The notes beneath the pieces were generated by a model that did no database searches, was not told the origin of the DNA, and saw only the letters and a program-made list of their open reading frames with translations. From Auanema rhodensis (taxonomy: Eukaryota > Animalia > Nematoda): DNA of 64,000 nt. Below are positions 1 through 11,200 of the stretch, piece after piece. The stretch spans positions 2,480,001 to 2,544,000 of the forward strand of contig OZ059897.1 in the NCBI GenBank assembly GCA_964057225.1. The letters run 5' to 3'. Position 1 is the stretch's first letter. Each line of letters begins with the position of its first letter. Made by a program: the position numbers and the translations under genes.

Positions 1-139
1 CCCTGAAGAAATGATTTTTTCGTTGAATAACATTGTCCATCATCTTCGTCTTGAAAAAAGGAATCTAAAAACATCTACTTTTTGTGAAATTATTTAGAAA
101 TTTTTCGGGAAAATTTTTGTCAAAATGTTTTTGGAAGCA

Positions 140-167
140 ATGTTGAGTGTACATGGGAACTCAACAT
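140..167. other. Perfect 9-bp inverted repeat with 10-nt loop (ATGTTGAGT-gtacatggga-ACTCAACAT), present in nearly every monomer
   Basis: 140-148 is the exact reverse complement of 159-167. It is followed by the 10-bp palindrome TAATGCATTA at 172-181. Confidence 0.9.
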
Positions 168-241
168 ACACTAATGCATTATTTTTCAAACGATCATAAC
201 TAATTTTTGTATGGAGCGTTTCTCAATGTAGTATAGTGCAT

Positions 242-308
242 TCGATGCGGATTTTTAAGCTGCGTTGATCTGTGTTATCAGATTTGCGCTAGCTTAAAAA
301 TGCACCGA
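242..308. other. Imperfect 67-nt inverted repeat / hairpin in each monomer
   Basis: ATTTTTAAGCT (251-261) pairs with AGCTTAAAAAT (291-301). GCG 262-264 pairs with CGC 287-289 in this variant. ATCTG 268-272 pairs with CAGAT 279-283. Outer TCGATGC 242-248 pairs with GCACCGA 302-308 at 6/7. Confidence 0.88.
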
Positions 309-3300
309 GTAATCAACTGATATAGGTTCACACTTATATCCTCGATTTTCACCCTGAAGAATTAATTTTTTCGTTGAATAACATTGTCCATCGTCTTTGC
401 CTTGAAAAAAGAAATCTAAAAACTCCTACTTTTTGTGAAATTATTTAGAAATTTTTCAGGAAAATTTTTGTCAAAATGTTTTTGGAAGCAATGTTGAGTG
501 TACATGGGAACTCAACATACACTAATGCATTATTTTTCAAACGATCATAACTAATTTTTGTATGGAGCGTTTCTCAATGTAGTATAGTGCATTCGATGCG
601 GATTTTTAAGCTGCGTTGATCTGTGTTATCAGATTTGAGTTAGCTTAAAAATGCACCGAGATATCAACTGATATATGTTCACACTTATATCCTCGATTTT
701 CACCCTGAAGAAATGATTTTTTCGTTGAAAAACATTGTCCATCGTATTCGTCTTGAAAAAAGGAATCTAAAAACATCTACTTTTTGTGAAATTATTTAGA
801 AATTTTTCGGGAAAATTTTTGTCAAAATGTTTTTGGAAGCAATGTTGAGTGTACATGGGAACTCAACATACACTAATGCATTATTTTTCAAACGATCATA
901 ACTAATTTTTGTATAGAGCGTTTCTCAATGTAGTATAGTGCATTCGATGCGGATTTTTAAGCTGCGTTGATCTGTGTTATCAGATTTGAGTTAGCTTAAA
1001 AATGCACCGAGATATCAACTGATATATGTTCACACTTATATCCTCGATTTTCACCCTGAAGAAATGATTTTTTCGTTGAATAACATTGTCCATCATCTTC
1101 GTCTTGAAAAAAGGAATCTAAAAACATCTACTTTTTGTGAAATTATTTAGAAATTTTTCGGGAAAATTTTTGTCAAAATGTTTTTGGAAGCAATGTTGAG
1201 TGTACATGGGAACTCAACATACACTAATGCATTATTTTTCAAACGATCATAACTAATTTTTGTATGGAGCGTTTCTCAATGTAGTATAGTGCATTCGATG
1301 CGGATTTTTAAGCTGCGTTGATCTGTGTTATCAGATTTGAGTTAACTTAAAAATGCACCGAGATATCAACTGATATATGTTCACACTTATATCCTCGATT
1401 TTCACCCTGAAGAATTAATTTTTTCGTTGAATAACATTGTCCATCGTCTTCGTCTTAAAAAAAGGAATCTAAAAACATCTACTTTTTGTGAAATTATTTA
1501 GAAATTTTTCGGGAAAATTTTTGTCAAAATGTTTTTGGAAGCAATGTTGAGTGTACATGGGAACTCAACATACACTAATGCATTATTTTTCAAACGATCA
1601 TAACTAATTTTTGTATAGAGCGTTTCTCAATGTAGTATAGTGCATTCGATGCGGATTTCTAAGCTGCGTTGATCTGTGTTATCAGATTTGAGTTAGCTTA
1701 AAAATGCACCGAGATATCAACTGATATATGTTCACACTTATATCCTCGATTTTCACCCTGAAGAAATGATTTTTTCGTTGAATAACATTGTCCATCGTCT
1801 TCGTCTTAAAAAAAGGAATCTAAAAACATCTACTTTTTGTGAAATTATTTAGAAATTTTTCGGGAAAATTTTTGTCAAAATGTTTTTGGAAGCAATGTTG
1901 AGTGTACATGGGAACTCAACATACACTAATGCATTATTTTTCAAACGATCATAACTAATTTTTGTATGGAGCGTTTCTCAATGTAGTATAGTGCATTCGA
2001 TGCGGATTTTTAAGCTGCGTTGATCTGTGTTATCAGATTTGCGCTAGCTTAAAAATGCACCGAGTAATCAACTGATATAGGTTCACACTTATATCCTCGA
2101 TTTTCACCCTGAAGAATTAATTTTTTCGTTGAATAACATTGTCCATCGTCTTTGCCTTGAAAAAAGAAATCTAAAAACTCCTACTTTTTGTGAAATTATT
2201 TAGAAATTTTTCAGGAAAATTTTTGTCAAAATGTTTTTGGAAGCAATGTTGAGTGTACATGGGAACTCAACATACACTAATGCATTATTTTTCAAACGAT
2301 CATAACTAATTTTTGTATGGAGCGTTTCTCAATGTAGTATAGTGCATTCGATGCGGATTTTTAAGCTGCGTTGATCTGTGTTATCAGATTTGAGTTAGCT
2401 TAAAAATGCACCGAGATATCAACTGATTTATGTTCACACTTATATCCTCGATTTTCACCCTGAAGAAATGATTTTTTCGTTGAATAACATTGTCCATCGT
2501 CTTCGTCTTGAAAAAAGGAATCTAAAAACATCTACTTTTTGTGAAATTATTTAGAAATTTTTCGGGAAAATTTTTGTCAAAATGTTTTTGGAAGCAATGT
2601 TGAGTGTACATGGGAACTCAACATACACTAATGCATTATTTTTCAAACGATCATAACTAATTTTTGTATGGAGCGTTTCTCAATGTAGTATAGTGCATTC
2701 GATGCGGATTTTTAAGCTGCGTTGATCTGTGTTATCAGATTTGCGCTAGCTTAAAAATGCACCGAGTAATCAACTGATATAGGTTCACACTTGTATCCTC
2801 GATTTTCACCCTGAAGAAATGATTTTTTCGTTGAAAACCATTGTCCATCGTATTCGTCTTGAAAAAAGGAATCTAAAAACATCTACTTTTCGTGAAATTA
2901 TTTAGAAATTTTTCGGGAAAATTTTTGTCAAAATGTTTTTGGAAGCAATGTTGAGTGTACATGGGAACTCAACATACACTAATGCATTATTTTTCAAACG
3001 ATCATAACTAATTTTTGTATGGAGCGTTTCTCAATGTAGTATAGTGCATTCGATGCGAATTTTTAAGCTGCGTTGATCTGTGTTATCAGATTTGCGCTAG
3101 CTTAAAAATGCACTGAGTAATCAACTGATATAGGTTCACACTTATATCCTCGATTTTCACCCTGAAGAATTAATTTTTTCGTTGAATAACATTGTCCATC
3201 GTCTTTGCCTTGAAAAAAGAAATCTAAAAACTCCTACTTTTTGTGAAATTATTTAGAAATTTTTCGGGAAAATTTTTGTCACAATGTTTTTGGAAGCAAT

Positions 3301-6300
3301 GTTGAGTGTACATGGGAACTCAACATACACTAATGCATTATTTTTCAAACGATCATAACTAATTTTTGTATAGAGCGTTTCTCAATGTAGTATAGTGCAT
3401 TCGATGCGGATTTTTAAGCTGCGTTGATCTGTGTTATCAGATTTGAGTTAGCTTAAAAATGCACCGAGATATCAACTGATATATGTTCACACTTATATCC
3501 TCGATTTTCACCCTGAAGAAATGATTTTTTCGTTGAATAACATTGTCCATCATCTTCGTCTTGAAAAAAGGAATCTAAAAACATCTACTTTTTCTGAAAT
3601 TATTTAGAAATTTTTCGGGAAAATTTTTGTCAAAATGTTTTTGGAAGCAATGTTGAGTGTACATGGGAACTCAACATACACTAATGCATTATTTTTCAAA
3701 CGATCATAACTAATTTTTGTATGGAGCGTTTCTCAATGTAGTATAGTGCATTCGATGCGGATTTTTAAGCTGCGTTGATCTGTGTTATCAGATTTGCGCT
3801 AGCTTAAAATGCACCGAGTAATCAACTGATATAGGTTCACACTTATATCCTCGATTTTCACCCTGAAGAAATGATTTTTTCGTTGAAAAACATTGTCCAT
3901 CGTATTCGTCTTGAAAAAAGGAATCTAAAAACATCTACTTTTCGTGAAATTATTTAGAAATTTTTCGGGAAAATTTTTGTCAAAATGTTTTTGGAAGCAA
4001 TGTTGAGTGTACATGGGAACTCAACATACACTAATGCATTATTTTTCAAACGATCATAACTAATTTTTGTATAGAGCGTTTCTCAATGTAGTATAGTGCA
4101 TTCGATGCGGATTTTTAAGCTGCGTTGATCTGTGTTATCAGATTTGAGTTAGCTTAAAAATGCACCGAGATATCAACTGATATATGTTCACACTTATATC
4201 CTCGATTTTCACCCTGAAGAAATGATTTTTTCGTTGAAAAACATTGTCCATCGTATTCGTCTTGAAAAAAGGAATCTAAAAACATCTACTTTTCGTGAAA
4301 TTATTTAGAAATTTTTCGGGAAAATTTTTGTCAAAATGTTTTTGGAAGCAATGTTGAGTGTACATGGGAACTCAACATACACTAATGCATTATTTTTCAA
4401 ACGATCATAACTAATTTTTGTATAGAGCGTTTCTCAATGTAGTATAGTGCATTCGATGCGGATTTTTAAGCTGCGTTGATCTGTGTTATCAGATTTGAGT
4501 TAGCTTAAAAATGCACCGAGATATCAACTGATATATGTTCACACTTATATCCTCGATTTTCACCCTGAAGAAATGATTTTTTCGTTGAATAACATTGTCC
4601 ATCATCTTCGTCTTGAAAAAAGGAATCTAAAAACATCTACTTTTTGTGAAATTATTTAGAAATTTTTCGGGAAAATTTTTGTCAAAATGTTTTTGGAAGC
4701 AATGTTGAGTGTACATGGGAACTCAACATACACTAATGCATTATTTTTCAAACGATCATAACTAATTTTTGTATAGAGCGTTTCTCAATGTAGTATAGTG
4801 CATTCGATGCGGATTTCTAAGCTGCGTTGATCTGTGTTATCAGATTTGAGTTAGCTTAAAAATACACCGAGATATCAACTGATATATGTTCACACTTATA
4901 TCCTCGATTTTCACTCTGAAGAAATGATTTTTTCGTTGAATAACATTGTCCATCGTCTTCGTCTTAAAAAAAGGAATCTAAAAACATCTACTTTTTGTGA
5001 AATTATTTAGAAATTTTTCGGGAAAATTTTTGTCAAAATGTTTTTGGAAGCAATGTTGAGTGTACATGGGAACTCAACATACACTAATGCATTATTTTTC
5101 AAACGATCATAACTAATTTTTGTATGGAGCGTTTCCCAATGTAGTATAGTGCATTCGATGCGGATTTTTAAGCTGCGTTGATCTGTGTTATCAGATTTGA
5201 GTTAACTTAAAAATGCACCGAGATATCAACTGATATAGGTTCACACTTGTATCCTCGATTTTCACCCTGAAGAATTAATTTTTTCGTTGAATAACATTGT
5301 CCATCGTCTTTGCCTTGAAAAAAGAAATCTAAAAACTCCTACTTTTTGTGAAATTATTTGGAAATTTTTCGGGAAAATTTTTGTCACAATGTTTTTGGAA
5401 GCAATGTTGAGTGTACATGGGAACTCAACATACACTAATGCATTATTTTTCAAACGATCATAACTAATTTTTGTATAGAGCGTTTCTCATTGTAGTATAG
5501 TGCATTCGATGCGGATTTTTAAGCTGCGTTGATCTGTGTTATCAGATTTGAGTTAACTTAAAAATGCACCGAGATATCAACTGATATAGGTTCACACTTG
5601 TATCCTCGATTTTCACCCTGAAGAAATGATTTTTTCGTTGAAAAACATTGTCCATCGTATTCGTCTTGAAAAAAGGAATCTAAAAACATCTACTTTTCGT
5701 GAAATTATTTAGAAATTTTTCGGGAAAATTTTTGTCAAAATGTTTTTGGAAGCAATGTTGAGTGTACATGGGAACTCAACATACACTAATGCATTATTTT
5801 TCAAACGATCATAACTAATTTTTGTATAGAGCGTTTCTCAATGTAGTATAGTGCATTCGATGCGGATTTTTAAGCTGCGTTGATCTGTGTTATCAGATTT
5901 GAGTTAGCTTAAAAATGCACCGAGATATCAACTGATATATGTTCACACTTATATCCTCGATTTTCACCCTGAAGAAATGATTTTTTCGTTGAATAACATT
6001 GTCCATCATCTTCGTCTTGAAAAAAGGAATCTAAAAACATCTACTTTTTGTGAAATTATTTAGAAATTTTTCGGGAAAATTTTTGTCAAAATGTTTTTGG
6101 AAGCAATGTTGAGTGTACATGGGAACTCAACATACACTAATGCATTATTTTTCAAACGATCATAACTAATTTTTGTATGGAGCGTTTCTCAATGTAGTAT
6201 AGTGCATTCGATGCGGATTTTTAAGCTGCGTTGATCTGTGTTATCAGATTTGAGTTAGCTTAAAAATGCACCGAGATATCAACTGATATATGTTCACACT

Positions 6301-8279
6301 TATATCCTCGATTTTCACCCTGAAGAAATGATTTTTTCGTTGAATAACATTGTCCATCATCTTCGTCTTGAAAAAAGGAATCTAAAAACATCTACTTTTT
6401 GTGAAATTATTTAGAAATTTTTCGGGAAAATTTTTGTCAAAATGTTTTTGGAAGCAATGTTGAGTGTACATGGGAACTCAACATACACTAATGCATTATT
6501 TTTCAAACGATCATAACTAATTTTTGTATAGAGCGTTTCCCAATGTAGTATAGTGCATTCGATGCGGATTTTTAAGCTGCGTTGATCTGTGTTATCAGAT
6601 TTGAGTTAACTTAAAAATGCACCGAGATATCAACTGATATATGTTCACACTTATATCCTCGATTTTCACTCTGAAGAAATGATTTTTTCGTTGAATAACA
6701 TTGTCCATCGTCTTCGTCTTAAAAAAAGGAATCTAAAAACATCTACTTTTTGTGAAATTATTTAGAAATTTTTCGGGAAAATTTTTGTCAAAATGTTTTT
6801 GGAAGCAATGTTGAGTGTACATGGGAACTCAACATACACTAATGCATTATTTTTCAAACGATCATAACTAATTTTTGTATGGAGCGTTTCCCAATGTAGT
6901 ATAGTGCATTCGATGCGGATTTTTAAGCTGCGTTGATCTGTGTTATCAGATTTGAGTTAACTTAAAAATGCACCGAGATATCAACTGATATAGGTTCACA
7001 CTTGTATCCTCGATTTTCACCCTGAAGAATTAATTTTTTCGTTGAATAACATTGTCCATCGTCTTCGTCTTAAAAAAAGGAATCTAAAAACATCTACTTT
7101 TTGTGAAATTATTTAGAAATTTTTCGGGAAAATTTTTGTCAAAATGTTTTTGGAAGCAATGTTGAGTGTACATGGGAACTCAACATACACTAATGCATTA
7201 TTTTTCAAACGATCATAACTAATTTTTGTATGGAGCGTTTCCCAATGTAGTATAGTGCATTCGATGCGGATTTTTAAGCTGCGTTGATCTGTGTTATCAG
7301 ATTTGAGTTAACTTAAAAATGCACCGAGATATCAACTGATATAGGTTCACACTTGTATCCTCGATTTTCACCCTGAAGAATTAATTTTTTCGTTGAATAA
7401 CATTGTCCATCGTCTTTGCCTTGAAAAAAGAAATCTAAAAACTCCTACTTTTTGTGAAATTATTTGGAAATTTTTCGGGAAAATTTTTGTCACAATGTTT
7501 TTGGAAGCAATGTTGAGTGTACATGGGAACTCAACATACACTAATGCATTATTTTTCAAACGATCATAACTAATTTTTGTATAGAGCGTTTCTCATTGTA
7601 GTATAGTGCATTCGATGCGGATTTTTAAGCTGCGTTGATCTGTGTTATCAGATTTGAGTTAGCTTAAAAATGCACCGAGATATCAACTGATATATGTTCA
7701 CACTTGTATCCTCGATTTTCACCCTGAAGAAATGATTTTTTCGTTGAAAAACATTGTCCATCGTATTCGTCTTGAAAAAAGGAATCTAAAAACATCTACT
7801 TTTCGTGAAATTATTTAGAAATTTTTCGGGAAAATTTTTGTCAAAATGTTTTTGGAAGCAATGTTGAGTGTACATGGGAACTCAACATACACTAATGCAT
7901 TATTTTTCAAACGATCATAACTAATTTTTGTATAGAGCGTTTCTCAATGTAGTATAGTGCATTCGATGCGGATTTTTAAGCTGCGTTGATCTGTGTTATC
8001 AGATTTGAGTTAGCTTAAAAATGCACCGAGATATCAACTGATATATGTTCACACTTATATCCTCGATTTTCACCCTGAAGAAATGATTTTTTCGTTGAAT
8101 AACATTGTCCATCATCTTCGTCTTGAAAAAAGGAATCTAAAAACATCTACTTTTTGTGAAATTATTTAGAAATTTTTCGGGAAAATTTTTGTCAAAATGT
8201 TTTTGGAAGCAATGTTGAGTGTACATGGGAACTCAACATACACTAATGCATTATTTTTCAAACGATCATAACTAATTTT

Positions 8280-11200
8280 TGTATGGAGCGTTTCTCAATG
8301 TAGTATAGTGCATTCGATGCGGATTTTTAAGCTGCGTTGATCTGTGTTATCAGATTTGAGTTAACTTAAAAATGCACCGAGATATCAACTGATATATGTT
8401 CACACTTATATCCTCGATTTTCACCCTGAAGAATTAATTTTTTCGTTGAATAACATTGTCCATCGTCTTCGTCTTAAAAAAAGGAATCTAAAAACATCTA
8501 CTTTTTGTGAAATTATTTAGAAATTTTTCGGGAAAATTTTTGTCAAAATGTTTTTGGAAGCAATGTTGAGTGTACATGGGAACTCAACATACACTAATGC
8601 ATTATTTTTCAAACGATCATAACTAATTTTTGTATAGAGCGTTTCTCAATGTAGTATAGTGCATTCGATGCGGATTTCTAAGCTGCGTTGATCTGTGTTA
8701 TCAGATTTGAGTTAGCTTAAAAATGCACCGAGATATCAACTGATATATGTTCACACTTATATCCTCGATTTTCACCCTGAAGAAATGATTTTTTCGTTGA
8801 ATAACATTGTCCATCGTCTTCGTCTTAAAAAAAGGAATCTAAAAACATCTACTTTTTGTGAAATTATCTAGAAATTTTTCGGGAAAATTTTTGTCAAAAT
8901 GTTTTTGGAAGCAATGTTGAGTGTACATGGGAACTCAACATACACTAATGCATTATTTTTCAAACGATCATAACTAATTTTTGTATGGAGCGTTTCTCAA
9001 TGTAGTATAGTGCATTCGATGCGGATTTTTAAGCTGCGTTGATCTGTGTTATCAGATTTGCGCTAGCTTAAAAATGCACCGAGTAATCAACTGATATAGG
9101 TTCACACTTATATCCTCGATTTTCACCCTGAAGAATTAATTTTTTCGTTGAATAACATTGTCCATCGTCTTTGCCTTGAAAAAAGAAATCTAAAAACTCC
9201 TACTTTTTGTGAAATTATTTAGAAATTTTTCAGGAAAATTTTTGTCAAAATGTTTTTGGAAGCAATGTTGAGTGTACATGGGAACTCAACATACACTAAT
9301 GCATTATTTTTCAAACGATCATAACTAATTTTTGTATGGAGCGTTTCTCAATGTAGTATAGTGCATTCGATGCGGATTTTTAAGCTGCGTTGATCTGTGT
9401 TATCAGATTTGAGTTAGCTTAAAAATGCACCGAGATATCAACTGATTTATGTTCACACTTATATCCTCGATTTTCACCCTGAAGAAATGATTTTTTCGTT
9501 GAATAACATTGTCCATCGTCTTCGTCTTGAAAAAAGGAATCTAAAAACATCTACTTTTTGTGAAATTATTTAGAAATTTTTCGGGAAAATTTTTGTCAAA
9601 ATGTTTTTGGAAGCAATGTTGAGTGTACATGGGAACTCAACATACACTAATGCATTATTTTTCAAACGATCATAACTAATTTTTGTATGGAGCGTTTCTC
9701 AATGTAGTATAGTGCATTCGATGCGGATTTTTAAGCTGCGTTGATCTGTGTTATCAGATTTGCGCTAGCTTAAAAATGCACCGAGTAATCAACTGATATA
9801 GGTTCACACTTATATCCTCGATTTTCACCCTGAAGAATTAATTTTTTCGTTGAATAACATTGTCCATCGTCTTTGCCTTGAAAAAAGAAATCTAAAAACT
9901 CCTACTTTTTGTGAAATTATTTAGAAATTTTTCGGGAAAATTTTTGTCACAATGTTTTTGGAAGCAATGTTGAGTGTACATGGGAACTCAACATACACTA
10001 ATGCATTATTTTTCAAACGATCATAACTAATTTTTGTATAGAGCGTTTCTCAATGTAGTATAGTGCATTCGATGCGGATTTTTAAGCTGCGTTGATCTGT
10101 GTTATCAGATTTGAGTTAACTTAAAAATGCACCGAGATATCAACTGATATATGTTCACACTTATATCCTCGATTTTCACCCTGAAGAAATGATTTTTTCG
10201 TTGAAAAACATTGTCCATCGTATTTGTCTTGAAAAAAGGAATCTAAAAACATCTACTTTTTGTGAAATTATTTAGAAATTTTTCGGGAAAATTTTTGTCA
10301 AAATGTTTTTGGAAGCAATGTTGAGTGTACATGGGAACTCAACATACACTAATGCATTATTTTTCAAACGATCATAACTAATTTTTGTATAGAGCGTTTC
10401 TCATTGTAGTATAGTGCATTCGATGCGGATTTTCAAGCTGCGTTGATCTGTGTTATCAGATTTGAGTTAACTTAAAAATGCACCGAGATATCAACTGATA
10501 TAGGTTCACACTTGTATCCTCGATTTTCACCCTGAAGAAATGATTTTTTCGTTAAAAAACATTGTCCATCGTCTTCGTCTTGAAAAAAGGAATCTAAAAA
10601 CATCTACTTTTTGTGAAATTATTCAGAAATTTTTCGGGAAAATTTTTGTCAAAATGTTTTTGGAAGCAATGTTGAGTGTACATGGGAACTCAACATACAC
10701 TAATGCATTATTTTTCAAACGATCATAACTAATTTTTGTATGGAGCGTTTTTCAATGTAGTATAGTGCATTCGATGCAGATTTTTAAGCTGCGTTGATCT
10801 GTGTTATCATATTTGAGTTAACTTAAAAATGCACCGAGATATCAACTGATATAGGTTCACACTTGTATCCTCGATTTTCACCCTGAAGAATTAATTTTTT
10901 CGTTGAATAACATTGTCCATCGTCTTTGCCTTGAAAAAAGAAATCTAAAAACTCCTACTTTTTGTGAAATTATTTGGAAATTTTTCGGGAAAATTTTTGT
11001 CACAATGTTTTTGGAAGCAATGTTGAGTGTACATGGGAACTCAACATACACTAATGCATTATTTTTCAAACGATCATAACTAATTTTTGTATGGAGCGTT
11101 TCTCAATGTAGTATAGTGCATTCGATGCGGATTTTTAAGCTGCGTTGATCTGTGTTATCAGATTTGAGTTAACTTAAAAATGCACCGAGATATCAACTGA

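Larger units (their letters stand above)
1..351. repeat. Representative satellite monomer (arbitrary phase)
   Basis: First complete unit, CCCTGAAGAA...CTCGATTTTCA; the next unit starts at 352. Confidence 0.98.

Noticed and set aside
93-257. CENP-B box (NTTCGNNNNANNCGGGN)
   Set aside because: TTCG (m241-244) and CGGG (m106-109) occur, but never with the required spacing.
1-351. Tandem 5S rRNA, tRNA, snRNA or spliced-leader gene array
   Set aside because: No recognisable 5S, tRNA cloverleaf, Pol III A/B box or SL sequence, and many internal T-runs. An Rfam search would be the formal test.
1-351. Assignment to a known satellite of similar length (Drosophila 1.688/359-bp, Tribolium TCAST, Pimelia PIM357)
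   Set aside because: Length and AT-richness are similar, but I cannot recognise sequence identity with any of them. This needs BLAST.
1-351. Monomer as a direct dimer of two halves of about 175 bp
   Set aside because: Only a weak AT-rich resemblance (m10-31 versus m173-200), with no sustained alignment.
5262-5453. 63-aa minus-strand ORF (MKNNALVYVEFPCTLN...), 9 copies in the ORF track
   Set aside because: Open only in monomers with m96 A>G, which removes a minus-strand TAA. It begins at a non-ATG codon, overlaps the other ORF antisense, and is a by-product of the repeat.
10540-10728. 62-aa plus-strand ORF (MIFSLKNIVHRLRLEK...), 12 copies in the ORF track
   Set aside because: Open only where m95 T>C turns TAG into CAG. 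The stop is present in over 90% of monomers, and there is no recognisable domain or gene context.
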